Source: an uncultured Pseudomonadota bacterium
GTDB taxonomy: Bacteria > Oederibacteriota > Muellerivitia > Muellerivitales > Muellerivitaceae
DNA: 64,000 bases
Direction: 5' to 3'
Assembly: GCA_963843375.1 (NCBI GenBank)
Contig: CAWJKT010000004.1
Location: 448,001-512,000, forward strand
Every line of letters begins with the position of its first letter. The stretch's first letter is position 1. Below the pieces are notes generated by a model. The model saw nothing but the letters and a program-made list of their open reading frames with translations. It was not told the origin of the DNA and made no database searches. Both the position numbers and the translations under genes were made by a program. This document shows positions 32,480 to 44,362 of this stretch, piece by piece.

Positions 32480-33845
32480 ATGGGCAGCACGCGCTTGCCA
32501 CGAGCCGAGGGGCATCGGATCGCCAGCGCCGACCGCGCGTCGTGATCATCGGCGCAGGCTTCGGAGGTCTCGCGGCGGCGAAGGCGCTCAGGCGAGCCCC
32601 GGTGGATGTGGTGGTCGTCGACCGCGAGAACTACCACCTCTTTCAGCCGCTCGTTTACCAGGTGGCGATGGCCGAGCTGGCGGGGACCGACGTGCTCGGC
32701 ATCGATCCGGGCCGTCCTCGCGTCGCAGCAGAACACGCGCGTGCTCCTGGGCGAGGTGACGCGGCATCGACCTCGAGCGGCGGCACGATCACCACCCAGG
32801 ACGGCCCGCTCGACTACGACTACCTCATCGTCGCCGGCGGCGCGCGCCCCAACTACTTCGGCAAGGACGAGTGGGAGCCGACTCGCGCCGAGCCCCAAGG
32901 GCCTCGATGCCGCGCTCGAGATCCGGCGGCGCGTCCTCTTCGCCTTCGAGGAGGCCGAGGCGCTCGAGAACGACTCGCCCTCCGGCGGCGGCTGCTCGAG
33001 TTCGTGATCGTCGGCGGCGGCCCCACCGGCGTCGAGTTCGCCGGGGGCGCTCGCCGAGCTCGTCGCGGCGCGGACTGGCGCGCGACTTCCGCCGCATCGA
33101 TCCCGCGCATGGCCAAGGTGCACATCGTCGAGGGGGGACCGCTCCTCCTGCCGGGCTTCCCCGGACGATCTCGCGCCGAGGCGGCCGAAGCAGCTCGCCG
33201 AGCCTCGGCGTCATCATCCACACGGGCCAGCGGGTCACCGAGCTCGACGCCAACGGCGTGACGCTGTCGAACGGCGACCGCCTCGACGCTGCGACGGTCA
33301 TCTGGGCGGCGGGCGTCAGGACCGTCGCGCTGGCCGAGATGCTGCCCGGCCGCCCAAGATCGCGACGGTCGGGTCACCGTGCAGCGCGACCTCTCCATTC
33401 CGGAGCACGCCGAGGTCGTTCGTCATCGGCGACATGGCCCGTTTCGAACAGGACGGCAAGCCGCTGCCCGGCCTGAGCCCGGTGGCGATGCAGCAGGGTC
33501 GGGCCGTGGCGCGGTCGATCGTCCGCACCGTGCGGGGCGAGCCGCGCGAGTCGTTCCGCTACTTCGACAAGGGAATGCTGGCGACGATCGGCCGCTCGCG
33601 CGCCGTCGGGCGTCGTGTGGCGCGTGCACTTCAGCGGCTTCATCGCCTGGGCCCTCTGGGCGATCGTGCACATCTTCTACCTGATCGGCTTTCGAAACCG
33701 CGTCTTCGTCGCGCTCCAGTGGCTCTGGAGCTACGTCACCCAGAACCACGCGGCGCGGATCATCACCGGCCTGCAGCACCCGCTGCCGAGCCTTCAGCAG
33801 CGCCTCCAGGCGTCCGATCCAACTCCGCGCGCGCTCTCGTCCTGA
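32480..33845 (+). CDS. ndh: Type II NADH dehydrogenase family flavoprotein, frameshifted
   Basis: VVIIGAGFGGL, NYHLFQPLVYQVA, VIVGGGPTGVEFAG, WAAGV, GMLATIGR, HIFYLIGFRNR. Confidence 0.88.
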
Positions 33846-34261
33846 GGGCCATCGTTGCCGCGGTCCTCCCCGGCCGCTCGGAGTCGCGCGAGGGCGGCGT
33901 CGATGTCGAGCGAGACCTCCGCCGTCACGCCCGCTTCCTGGAAGACGCGCGCGAGGCGCACGACGCGCGCGCTGGCTTCGCGGCTCAGCTCTCCGAGCGT
34001 GACGCGCGACGCCGGTCGCACCGCGCGCCCGCCTCCGGCCCCGCTCGCGATGGCCACGACGAACGAGTCGCGACCCCGCTGCGCTCCGGCGCTCGCGATG
34101 GCCGCCTCCGCCTGGGGTCCGTCGACCGCCACCACGACGACGTCGACCGGCATCATGCCGGCCGCGTCGCTCGGCGCGAGCACGACGTCGTGCCCTGCCT
34201 GCACGAGCGGCCCGCTGAGAGACGTCCCGATGGGCTCCGCGCCGAGGATCGCGATCCGCAT
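33794..34261 (-). CDS. Short Rossmann-fold protein resembling the ketopantoate reductase N-terminal domain (possibly degenerate)
   Basis: MRIAILGAEPIG...AGHDV; VTLGEL...AGV...VS.DI; no C-terminal domain. Confidence 0.45.
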   Translation of the reverse strand: MRIAILGAEPIGTSLSGPLVQAGHDVVLAPSDAAGMMPVDVVVVAVDGPQAEAAIASAGAQRGRDSFVVAIASGAGGGRAVRPASRVTLGELSREASARVVRLARVFQEAGVTAEVSLDIDAALARLRAAGEDRGNDGPQDESARGVGSDAWRRC

Positions 34262-34368
34262 GGCTTGACTCCCGCTCGCGCGAGGCGCACGCAAACGGAG
34301 CGCCCGCGCGCGCCGACCGGCCGCACCGGCTGGACCGGACGCGCACGGACGAGCCCTTCGGAGGCCGC

Positions 34369-35171
34369 ATGATCGAGCTGCTCCTTGCCGACGTGGACGG
34401 CACCCTCGTGACGCACGACAAAGAGCTGACGGAGCGGGCCCGGCAGGCCGTCTGCAAGCTGCACGAAGCGGGCATCGCCTTCGCCATCACCAGCGGAAGG
34501 CCGCCGCGCGGGATGAGCATGCTCGTCGAGCCGCTCGCGATCGCGACGCCCATCGCGGGCTTCAACGGGGGGATGTTCGTCCGCCCCGACATGTCCCCGA
34601 TCGAGGTCAAGGCGCTGCCCGCCGAGATCGTCCCGCAGGTCGTGAGCTTGATCTGAAGCGAGGCGCCTCGACGCGTGGATCTACCAGGGCAACGAGTGGT
34701 TCGTGCGCAAGGTCGACGCGCCCCACGTCGCGCGCGAGCAGTGGACCGTGCGCTTCGCCCCGACCGTCGCCAAGGACCTGTCGCCCCTCACCGAGGGGGT
34801 GGTCAAGATCGTCGGCGTAGGCGACGATCTGCCGGCGGTCGAGGCGTGCGAGCGCGACCTCCGCGGGCGCTTCGGCGATCGCGTGTCGGCGGCCCGTTCG
34901 CAGCCGTACTACGTCGACGTGACCCACCCCGACGCGAACAAGGGCGACGTCGTGCGCTACCTGTCGCAGAAGCTCGGCATCCCTGCCGAGAAGATCGCGA
35001 CGATCGGAGACATGCCCAACGACGTCCTCATGTTCGCGCGGAGCGGTCTGAGCGTCGCGATGGGCAACGCCAGTCCCGACGTGCAGAGGGCGGCCCGTCG
35101 GGTCACCGAGCTCCAACGACGAAGAGGGGTTCGCCAACGCGGTCGAGCGCTTCGTGCTCGGCAAAGGCTGA
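34369..35171 (+). CDS. Cof-type HAD-IIB hydrolase, frameshifted
   Basis: DVDGTLV, TSGRPP, NKG, IGDMPNDVLMF, AMGNA. Confidence 0.9.
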
Positions 35172-35237
35172 GACTCGTGCCGGCGACGACGACGTCGAGC
35201 ACGCCCCGTGCAGCACGCGAGTCCCGGAGGCGACGTC

Positions 35238-36626
35238 ATGCGTGAGAGCGATGTCCTCATCGTCGGCTGCGGTCAGGCGGCGAAGCCGCTCGCGACGCGA
35301 CTCGCCAAGGCGGGGCGGCGCGTCGTGCTCTTCGAAGCGGTCGCCCTCGGCGGGACCTGCATCAACACCGGGTGCACGCCGACCAAGACGATGATCGCGA
35401 GCGCCCGCGCCGCGCACGTCGCGCGGACGGCCGCTCGCCTCGGCGTGCGCGTGCGCGCGGTCGAGGTCGACTTCGCTGAGGTCGTCGACCGCAAGGACGC
35501 CATCGTCGCGCGGTGGCGACTCGAGCATCGGGGCCGCGCTCGCGGCCGCGGGCGAGCGCTTGCGCGTCGTGCCGCGAGCATGCGCGGTTCGTCGACGAGC
35601 GGACGCTCGAGGCCGGCGGCGAGCGATACCGCGCGCCCGTCATCGTCCTCGACGTCGGCGCGCGCGCCGCCGCCCCTCCGCTGCGGGGCCTGGACAAGGT
35701 GCCGTGGCTCGACAACGGGGGCCTCATGGCCCTGCGCCGGGTGCCCGAGCATCTGGTCATCGTCGGCGGCGGATACATCGGCTGCGAGATGGGGCAGATG
35801 TTCCGGCGCTTCGGCGCCGCGCGTGACCGTGGTGCCACTCGGGCGAGCACCTCTTGAGCCGAGAGGACGCGGACGTCGCGGCGCCGCTCGAGGGCGTGCT
35901 TCGCCGCCGAGGGGATCGAGCTGCGCGCTGCGGTGCTCGGGCACGGAGGCGGCGCCCGACGGCGCCGGCGTCGGCTCTCCGGCACTCCGACGGCCGCACG
36001 ATCACGGGGTCGCACTTGCTCGTCGCGCTCGGTCGTCGCGCCAACACCGACGCGCTTGGCTGCGAGGCGGGCGGCGTGCGGCTCGACCCGCGCGGCAACA
36101 TCGTGGCCGACGAGTTCTACGCGACGAGCGCGCCCGGCGTGTACGCGGTGGGCGACGTGCTCGGCGGCCCGCAGTTCACCCACACGTCGTGGGACGACCA
36201 CCGTCGCCTCTTCGACATCCTCATGAAGCCCGAGCCCCCCGCCAGCGCCCGGAGCGCGCGGCTCGTCCCGTACTCCGTCTTCACCGACCCGCAGGTGGCC
36301 GCGGTGGGTCTCAACGAAAGGTCGGCCAAGGGCCGGGGCATCCCCTACCAGGTGGCCGACCATGCCGATCGGCCGACGTGGCGCGGGCCTTCGAGGTCGA
36401 CGAGAAGGCCGGTCTGATGAAGGTCCTGGTCGATCCGAGCGCCGACCGCATCCTCGGCGCGTCGATCGTCGGCGCCGAGGCCGGCGAGCTGATTCACGTC
36501 TTCATCTCGCTGATGCAGGCCGGCGCCAGCCCGCGCGCGATCGTCGACGCCGAGTTCGTTCACCCGACCTTCAGCGAGGGGCTGCAGACGCTCGTCATGA
36601 AGCTGCCACGGTACGCGCTCAGCTGA
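35238..36626 (+). CDS. Pyridine nucleotide-disulfide oxidoreductase, class I, frameshifted
   Basis: GGTCINTGCTPTK, IVGGGYIGCE, AVGDV.GGPQFTH, FTDPQVA, HPTFSEG. Confidence 0.88.
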   Translation: MRESDVLIVGCGQAAKPLATRLAKAGRRVVLFEAVALGGTCINTGCTPTKTMIASARAAHVARTAARLGVRVRAVEVDFAEVVDRKDAIVARWRLEHRGRARGRGRALARRAASMRGSSTSGRSRPAASDTARPSSSSTSARAPPPLRCGAWTRCRGSTTGASWPCAGCPSIWSSSAADTSAARWGRCSGASAPRVTVVPLGRAPLEPRGRGRRGAARGRASPPRGSSCALRCSGTEAAPDGAGVGSPALRRPHDHGVALARRARSSRQHRRAWLRGGRRAARPARQHRGRRVLRDERARRVRGGRRARRPAVHPHVVGRPPSPLRHPHEARAPRQRPERAARPVLRLHRPAGGRGGSQRKVGQGPGHPLPGGRPCRSADVARAFEVDEKAGLMKVLVDPSADRILGASIVGAEAGELIHVFISLMQAGASPRAIVDAEFVHPTFSEGLQTLVMKLPRYALS

Positions 36627-36660
36627 GCGCCGCAGGCTGCGCCTGCAGCGGCGCCGACGA

Positions 36661-36891
36661 CTAGCCCCGCGAGGTCGCGGCGCGGAGCTGCTTGCGCAGG
36701 TCGTCGGCGGTGAAGGGGTTCTGCAGGAACCCCGCGAGGCCCTTCCCGGCAAAGCGCGCGACCGCGTCGCCCTGGTCGAATCCGCTCATCAGGACGATCG
36801 GGAGGCCCGGACGGAGCGAGCCGATCTCGTGGAACGCCGTCTCGCCATCCATGTTCGGCATCGTCAGGTCGAGCAGGACGCCGACGAGCGG
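36661..36891 (-). pseudogene. Response-regulator receiver domain fragment
   Basis: VLLDLTMPNMDG...IVLMSG...GFLQNPF; N-terminal strand missing and conserved Lys replaced by Asn. Confidence 0.65.
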
Positions 36892-37060
36892 CTACCCCGC
36901 GCGCTTTCGAGAAACGCACACGGATGCCCGGAGCCCAGCTCATCCCATCGGTCGGTGCCGAGAGCTCCGACCGCGACGGGACGATCGGACCTCGGCACAC
37001 ATCGGCACGTTAGCGTCGGCAAATGCCTGCGATTTCCGCGTCGTCTCTCGCGCAGCGGCC

Positions 37061-37076
37061 TGGCACACGAGGTGCT
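37061..37076 (+). promoter_or_regulatory. Possible sigma54 promoter
   Basis: tGGcacacgaggtGCt (GG-N10-GC, TGGCAC box) just upstream of ATG 37089. Confidence 0.3.
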
Positions 37077-37088
37077 CGGGTGGGGTCA

Positions 37089-37583
37089 ATGCGCGACCGA
37101 TGGTCGTCTGCCCTCGGGCAGGAACTCCTCGTCTTCCTTTCGGTGCCGGCGGGATGCAGCGACGCCGGGCCTCCGCTCGCAGGAGATCGACACGACGGGG
37201 CGCTCGTCGGCGACCAGCTCTGGCTCACCGCTGGTTACGCCGCGGCGACGCTGTATGCGGGGACTCCGGGCGCTTCCTTTCGCGCCGTGGGGACGCTGTG
37301 CAACTTCGCGTCGATCGCGACCGATTCGTGCGGCCGGCTCGTGCAGCTGGGGACGATGGGCGACACGGCGGCCGGCGTCGCACTCGGGTTCTTCGCCCGG
37401 CCCATCGGCTGGGCGAGTCCGTCGGTGCCGTTCGGTGGCGTCACCGGGAGCGCCATCGCGGGGGCCGCGTCGACGTTCGGCCTGCTCTGGTACGCCCGGG
37501 TCGGCCCGGGCGTTCCGGAGTTCCTCGACGCGCAGACGCCCGGGTCGCTCTCGTTCACGACGCTGTCGTGGGGCTCGCCCTGA
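37089..37583 (+). CDS. Hypothetical protein (possible lipoprotein)
   Basis: Hydrophobic leader ending PAGC; high-GC3 frame. Confidence 0.4.
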   Translation: MRDRWSSALGQELLVFLSVPAGCSDAGPPLAGDRHDGALVGDQLWLTAGYAAATLYAGTPGASFRAVGTLCNFASIATDSCGRLVQLGTMGDTAAGVALGFFARPIGWASPSVPFGGVTGSAIAGAASTFGLLWYARVGPGVPEFLDAQTPGSLSFTTLSWGSP

Positions 37584-37585
37584 CG

Positions 37586-38169
37586 TCACCACTTCTGCAG
37601 CGCGCAGCCGAGCGTCTTGGCTTGGCGACGCGCGGGTCGCGCCCGGCGAGGAGATCGTCGAGCGCGTCTCTCAAATAGGGCGTCGCGTCGTCGTGAAGAT
37701 GGTCCTTGTCGCTGTCGATGCCGCCGCGGTAGTGAAGGCGCGCCGCGGCGTCCACGACGACGGCGTACGCCGCGTACTCGGCGCCCAGGGCGTCGGCCAA
37801 CTTGGCGCCGCGATCGACGAGGATGGGGAAGGTGTAGCCGCGACGGCTAGCTTCCTCGGCGTCGCGCTCGAGCGAAGCTGCGAACCTCGGAGTCGACCAT
37901 GAAGAACTGGACGCCGCGCGACTCGGAACGTCGCGTCGAGGGCGCGCAGGCGAGCCTCGTGCTGCCTGAGGCAATGGCAGTCCGGTGAGAAGAACACGAG
38001 CACCGTGAGCGTCGCGTCACTGGCGAGCGCCCTGGCATCGAGCGTGCCGCCCTCGCGACAGGGCCGACGCGGGCACGAACGAAACGGCGCCTGCGTGCGG
38101 TCGCGCACGACGCGGTCGTCGCGACGACGACCAGCGAGAGGCGGGCCGCGGCCGCGCGGTCAGGACCAT
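37586..38169 (-). CDS. Redoxin/thioredoxin-fold lipoprotein, frameshifted
   Basis: VLVFFSPDCHCL..HEARL, FPILVD.GAKLADALGA, YRGGIDSD, YLRDALDDLLAG, LGCALQ. Confidence 0.8.
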
Positions 38170-39098
38170 GAGCGGATGACCGTGAGCGTGAGCCCACCCC
38201 GATGCGGGCTGATTGCTCCCGAGTTCGCGCGACGGGTGGCTCCAGGAACAGCCCGCCGAGCAGCGCGCCAAGCGTCCGTCACGGGGTAGAGCCCGGAGAG
38301 CGTGAACGTCGTGAGCCGCTTGGCACTTTCGGGGACGCTGGTGCCCCCCAGGCCGTCGCGTCGCCCTCGAATGCGTACGAGGCGGACAGCGCGAGCGCGG
38401 CGTCGTCGGCAGCGTGTACGCCGCCGCCGCGAGCAGCGTCAGCTGCGGCGCCAGCGTCTCTCCGTAGCGCGGCGTGCGCACGGCGAGCGATGCGCGGTCG
38501 CATTGACGAGCCAAGGCCCGTAGACTTGCTCCAGCGCGAGCGCGCCGTTGATTTGCCAAGCGCCGAGGCCCGTCGCGTCGACCTCGAGGGGCTGGGTGGA
38601 CTGACTCCGGGGCGGTCCCCGTGGGCGCCGTCACCCCGGCGAGGAGCGCGATGCCCGGGCACGTAAAGCGACTCGCCCGCCCGATGAAGTCGTAGCGCCC
38701 GCTCGCGTTGATGTCTCCGATGCCCCCGCCGAAGTGTGTCCACCGACTGCGGGCGTACTGCGCGGCGCGTCTCGTCGAACGGCACGAGCAGCGCGACCTG
38801 GCCGCGCGTGAGGAAGCGCGACCGCGGCGAAGAGATCTTCCTCGAAATCGAACTCCGTGGTCCCCGCGAGGCGACGCGCAGGTGCCGCCCGCCGGGGTCG
38901 AAGGCATCGGCGCGCTGCAGCTCGGAGTCCACGCCGGCGAGCGCATCCTCGTGCATCTCCAGGCGCGCGGGCGTGACGGCGCTCCCGCCCGCGCAGCACG
39001 CCTGAGCCTGCGCGCGCGACGACGAGGTGCCCGCGGCGGCAAGTGCCGCGAGAGCGAGACGGCGACGCTACGGAATTTCGAAACTGCGGGCGCCACAT
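38160..39098 (-). CDS. Putative outer-membrane beta-barrel protein, frameshifted
   Basis: Signal peptide, then AQACCAGGS; QVALLVPF, GGIGDINASGRYDF, APTG; ends in an aromatic strand (VIRSWS). Confidence 0.6.
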
Positions 39099-39569
39099 GG
39101 TCGCTCGACGGGACCGGAGATGGTGGTTTTTAGCTCCCAGAGCCCCGCCATGAAGAGATCGAGGTCGGTGACGAGGTACTTGCCGCTGCCTTCGCGGGGC
39201 GGCGGTCGCCATGATGGCGCCATGGTTCATCGCGGGCATCCACGGGCGGATCTGGAGGGTCAGTCCGTCGCGCGGCGCTCCGCTCGCCGCGTCGGTGACG
39301 GTCAGCTCGGCGTCGATTCCGCCGCGGGCGGGCGGCTGCGGTGAAGTCCGCACCTCGACGCGCAGCGTTCCCGAGTCGGTCATGAGCGTGCTCAGGGGGG
39401 CCGACGGGAACTCCGCGCTCGGGCCCGTCCCGCTGGAGCATCCGAGCGCGGCCGCGAGGCAGGTGGCGGCGACGGCGGCGCGGGCGGCCATCGCCCGCTT
39501 CGTGCTCTGGCCGCTCGCAGGCCGACGCCATCCCGGAAAGCGCGACGCGGGCCGGTTCGAACGAGTCAT
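39068..39569 (-). CDS. YtkA/FixH-like lipoprotein
   Basis: ALGC lipobox; PWMPAMNHG and MAGLWEL motifs. Confidence 0.75.
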
Positions 39570-39634
39570 GTGCGCTTCTCCATCTTTCTGCCGGTCGTCG
39601 CGGCGCGGGCATGAAGTGGGCGTCTTGCGCCGGT

Positions 39635-41008
39635 TCATAGCATGAAGGCGACGGCCAGCTGCGCGCCATAGAGCTCATCGCGCGCGCTGCCTGGCCCGAA
39701 CGTCGTACCGCTCGGAGGGGTGAACGCAAAGGAATAGAGCTCGTAGTCGACGGCGAAGCGCGGCTCAATCGCCCGGGCGAGCAGGAGGGCCGCGCCGAAC
39801 TCGGCGTCGAAGCCGCGCCCCTCGGGTGAGTAAAAGCGCGTCGAAATCGCGTCGTTGTCGACGATCGCGCGGTACCCGACCTCGCCCAGGAGCGAGTAGC
39901 GCCCGAAGGACACGCGCGTGTCGACCGCTGGGCGTACGGCCCTGTAGGTCACGTCCGGCAACTCGAGCCCCGGCGGCCCCACGGCGCGACGGGAAGTGAA
40001 ACTGTACTCGACGGACAGGCCCACGACGAGACGCGACCCCGGATGGATTCGAGCGCGAAACCCCGCGGAGGCCGACGACGGAAAGACGTCTGCCGCAGCA
40101 TCGCTCGAGTTATTCATCTCCGAATAGATGCGAACGTACTCGGCGAGGATCCCCACGTCGCCCCACGGCGCACCGGCGCGCGTCAGGGGAAAGAGCTGAG
40201 CGCGCACGCGGGCGCCGGGAGCCGGGAACAGCGTGTATCGACTGCCGTCAGGCTGGATTCCATTCCTGTACTCGAAGTGTCGGCCCACGACCTCGCCGGC
40301 CAGCGCGACGTCGAGGACGGATGCCGCGGCGATCTGCGCGGGGGTCTGCTGCGGTCGAACCGGCCCCCGGGCGACGTCCCCCACGGGGCTCCGCGGGACC
40401 GAGGCAAGCGAAGGAACGGGGACCGCCGTCGCGGGGGCCGCCGGCGACGAGGGCGCGGAGCACTGCCGCCCCTGGCCGAGATCGCCGCCCGAGGCCACGG
40501 GCGGCGGCGGGGGCACGTCTTCGGTCCTCGGCGCCTGCTGCGCGTAGGGCTCGAGGCTCGGCCCGAGCACGGCGGCGAGCGCGGCGACGTCGTCCTCGTG
40601 CGACGCGAAGGTCAGGGTCACCTCTTCGGCCGACGCGGGCATCTTCCATGCGGGGACGACCACCACCAGGGCCAGGCGCGCGCGCGGGTCTCGACGGACG
40701 CGAACCACGACCGCGGCGGCGACGCCCATGATCCGTGCGGCCCTGCGCACCCGGTCGACGACGGCCGGATCGAGGCTCCTTCCGAGGGGTCGATTCTGTC
40801 CTTCGCGCACGAGCTCCGCGTGGAAGGCCTTGTCGTCGGCCAGCTTGAATCCGTCAGGCAGGGCCTGGATCGCGGCGTCTCGCACCCGCTCCGCGTCCGG
40901 CCCTTCGACATAGAGGGCCATCGTGGCCGTCTGGGCGAGCGCCTCTCTCGAGCCGCCGAAGGCCCAGAGGAAGACCAGCAACGCGAGCGCCCACGGTTCG
41001 TGCTTCAC
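39635..41008 (-). CDS. Secreted protein with Pro-rich linker and probable C-terminal beta-barrel
   Basis: GTGA overlap with cusA stop; signal peptide to EALA; alternating strands ending YGAQLAVAFML. Confidence 0.7.
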   Translation of the reverse strand: MKHEPWALALLVFLWAFGGSREALAQTATMALYVEGPDAERVRDAAIQALPDGFKLADDKAFHAELVREGQNRPLGRSLDPAVVDRVRRAARIMGVAAAVVVRVRRDPRARLALVVVVPAWKMPASAEEVTLTFASHEDDVAALAAVLGPSLEPYAQQAPRTEDVPPPPPVASGGDLGQGRQCSAPSSPAAPATAVPVPSLASVPRSPVGDVARGPVRPQQTPAQIAAASVLDVALAGEVVGRHFEYRNGIQPDGSRYTLFPAPGARVRAQLFPLTRAGAPWGDVGILAEYVRIYSEMNNSSDAAADVFPSSASAGFRARIHPGSRLVVGLSVEYSFTSRRAVGPPGLELPDVTYRAVRPAVDTRVSFGRYSLLGEVGYRAIVDNDAISTRFYSPEGRGFDAEFGAALLLARAIEPRFAVDYELYSFAFTPPSGTTFGPGSARDELYGAQLAVAFML

Positions 41009-44000
41009 TCGCGCGCCCACGCGGGGACCGCGCCGACGACGGTTTCGATCGGAACGGCCAGGCGGTGGGCGCGCCGCAGCTGGTGCTGTCGCCATAGCGT
41101 GTAGAGGACGGGCAGGACCTCCAGGGTGAGAAACGCGCTCGTGGCCAGTCCGCCGATCATCGGCGCGGCGACCCGACGCATGATCTCCGCGCCCGCCCCC
41201 TCCGCCCAGAGGAGCGGCAAAAGGCCTGCCGCCATGGTCGTGATGGTCATGAGCTTGGGGCGCAGGCGCTGCACGGTCCCTTCGGCGTGCGCGGCGATGA
41301 TGTCGCTCCGATCGTGCAACCTTCCTTCGCGCACGCGGCGATGGAACGCTTCGTCGATGTAGACCACCATGACCACCCCCGTCTGCATCGCCAGGCCGAT
41401 GGTCGAGAGGAGGCCGACCCATACCGGCGCCGACAGCGGGTAGTGGAGCAAGAACAGCGTCCAGAAGCTCCCCACCAGGGCGAACGGGACCGCGGCGAGG
41501 ACGATCAGCGCTTCGGTGAAACTCCGAAACTGAAGGAACAAGAGCGTCAGCATGGCGACGCCCATGAGCGGGGCGATCCACTTGAGGCGCCGCTCGCCCG
41601 CTGCGAGCAGCTGCGACTGGCCGGTCCATTCGATCCGCTCGCCGGGCTCGAGGCGCAGCTGTCCCCCGGCCTGCGCCTTTGCGAGCGCGCCCTCCGCGTC
41701 CCGCACGTAGCTTGCGACGTCCATTCCCTCGTCCAGATCGACGTAGACGTAGGCGACGAGGTCGCTCCCCTCCGTGCGGATCGTTCCGGGATGGGTCACG
41801 TGCGAGGGATGTCCAAGGAGCGCCAGCGGCACCGGCGGCTCCGTGGACGAGCGCACCGTGACCTCCCGAAGGTCGTCCGCGTCCTCGCGCTTCATGCTCA
41901 TGTCGGTCGAGACCCGGACGCGGTAGGGCTTGCTCTGCGGCTCCATCTCGGCGCGAGCCTCGGGGTCCATGCGCTCGTGCTCGTGTTCGTACACGCCCCC
42001 GGTGCCGTGCTCGTGGCCCGACGAGCGACGGCTCGCGAAGCCCTTGAACGAAAGCTGCACCTCGCCGACCTGACCGCCTGTCGTCATCAAGTCGGTCGTG
42101 GCGCGGACGAGCGCCGGGTCCACGTCGTGGAGCGCCAGGGCGCTCGGGTCCGGCTCGAAGGTCAGCCAGGGCTCGCCGCCGAGCGACTCGAACGCCGCGC
42201 TCCGCGTGCCCGGCAGTCGCGTCGCCCACGCTTGCAGCGCAGTGCCGAGGGCGTCGAGGCGCTCCGGGCGTGCCGGCGACGATGCGAATCCCCACCGGCG
42301 TGCGGACCCCGTTGGTCGACATCATGTCCATGCGCGCCCGCGCGGGCGCGGTCCACGCGCTCGTCCAGCCCGGCGAGCGGCTCGCTTCATCGAGCTTCGC
42401 GACCAGCTCGGACAGTCGTCTCGCGGCGTCTGCCCGGGCCAGGCGAGACCGAGCACGCGCTTGAGCCAAGACGGCGCCCAGCTCGAGTACCAGCGCGATC
42501 GCGATCGGAGCGGCCATTCCGAAGCGGGGCCTGAGGCGGATGGTCGTCTCGACCATCGAGTACGGCGCGGGATCGGTCGCCGTGTCCGCCCGGCCCACCT
42601 TGCCGAACACGGTGGCGACCTCCGGGAACTGGCCTCATCGCATGGTCCTGCCTCGCGAAGCTGCACGGCCGCCTCCCCTGCGGGCACGCCCGGCAACGTG
42701 GTCGGCATGAAGAGCAGGTCGCCCTCGTCTACGCGCGGGCAGGAACTCGCCGCCGAGCCGCGTCACGATCGGGAGGCAAGAGGCGACCGCCAGCGCCGCG
42801 GTCACCAGCGTGAAGGCCGGCCGAGCCAGGGCGAAATGCACGAAGGGCCGGTAGATCCGGACGAGCGCCTCGTGATCGGGTTGTCGAACTCGGGAAGCAC
42901 GCGTCCCACGAGCAGCCGATCGCGCAGCGCGGGCGCGGCCGTGAGCGTCACCAGCGCCGCCGACGGCGATGACCAGCGTCTTCGTGAGCGCCAACGGGCG
43001 CGAGCAGCCGGCCCGTCTCGCCCGCGAACGCGAACACCGGAAGGAAGCTGAGCGCCGTGATGAGCAGCGAGGTCAGGATGGCCGGCGCGAGCGCGCCGGC
43101 TGCGGCGACGATCGCGCTCCGGCGCCGCGCCGCGGACGCGCCCGCGCCGGCACCTCTCCAGCCGGCGGTGACACGCTTCGAGCGCCACGACGTCGGCGTC
43201 GACCGCCATGCCGAGCGCGATCCCGATCCCTCCCAGGCTCATGATCGTCGCGGGGACTCCCAGGATCCGCATTCCGCCGAAGGTCAGGAGGAGCACCAGC
43301 GGCAGCGTCATCAGCGGCACCAGCGCGCTCCGGCCGTGAAGCAGGAAGGCCAGGATGACCAGCGCGACCACGGCCGACCTCCTCGCCGAGCGCGCGGAGC
43401 AGCGTGTGCTCGACGCGGTTCGCGAGGTCGAGCCGGTCGTAGACCGTCACGAGCTCGACGTTGCGCGGCAGTCGTGGCCGCGCGATCGAGCGTCCGCTCG
43501 ACGCTCTCGATGACCGCCCTCGGATCGGCGCCGCGCCGCGCGACGACGATCGCCGCCGATGGTCGCCGCGGCACCGCCGAGGTCGGCGATGCCGAGCGGC
43601 ATGTCCGGGTCGATCGAGACACGGGCGACGTCGCCGACCCGCGCCGGCGACTGCCGCCTCGGGCGTCGTCGCGCAGGGCGAGCCTGCTCGAGGTGAACCC
43701 CCTCGCCTCGCCGTGCGCCACGCGGAACCAGCGCGGACACGACGTCGCTGAAGGCGACGCCTCTCGCGCGCGGAGCTGCTCGGGCTCCGCGACGACGAGG
43801 AGCTCCTGAACGGGCTCGCCGACCGCCGCCACCTCGGCGACCCCCGGGATCGCCTCGAGCGCCGGACGAAAGAGGTTGTCCTGAAGCTGCCGCAGGGCGA
43901 CCGAGGCTCCGCTGATGTGCGGGTTCACGAGCGCATACTGAAGATCCAGCCGGTGCTCGAGGCGGCCGGCCCGACCTGAACTCGAACGTTCGCCGGCAGC

Positions 44001-44362
44001 TTGTCGCGGCATTCGCGCGACGCGTTGCACGATCTCCTGCCGCGGCCGCTCGAGGTCCGCCGACGAGCCGAAGAGGACGTCCACATACGCCATGCCGGAC
44101 ATCGAAGAGCCGCGGATCGCCGTCGAACCAGGGACGGAGCCGAGCGCGTCGGTCAGCACCTGACTCACCCGCGTGGCGACCTCGGTGGCGGGGTGCCCCA
44201 TCCAATCGGCCACGAGCCCGATCTGGGGGTCGGAAAGGTCGGGCACGGCATCGCGCGAGAGCCGCCGGCGCGACGAGCTCGCCGGCGAGCGCCGAGGCGA
44301 TGCGCGCACGGCGATGACGATCCGAGCATGGCGCGTGCACCATGCGACGACCGCGCGATCAT
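41005..44362 (-). CDS. cusA: CusA/CzcA-family heavy-metal RND permease, frameshifted
   Basis: DAVPDLSDPQ, IMSLGGIGIALGMAVDA, LFMPTTLPG, DPAPYSMVETTI, RMDMMST, RLRPKLMT, RVAAPMIGG. Confidence 0.9.

Noticed and set aside
35238..36626. Mercuric reductase MerA
   Set aside because: No C-terminal Cys-Cys pair, no NmerA domain and no mer genes nearby
39635..42610. 991-aa CusA-barrel fusion
   Set aside because: CusA ends at 41005 in another frame; the downstream gene has its own GTG and signal peptide
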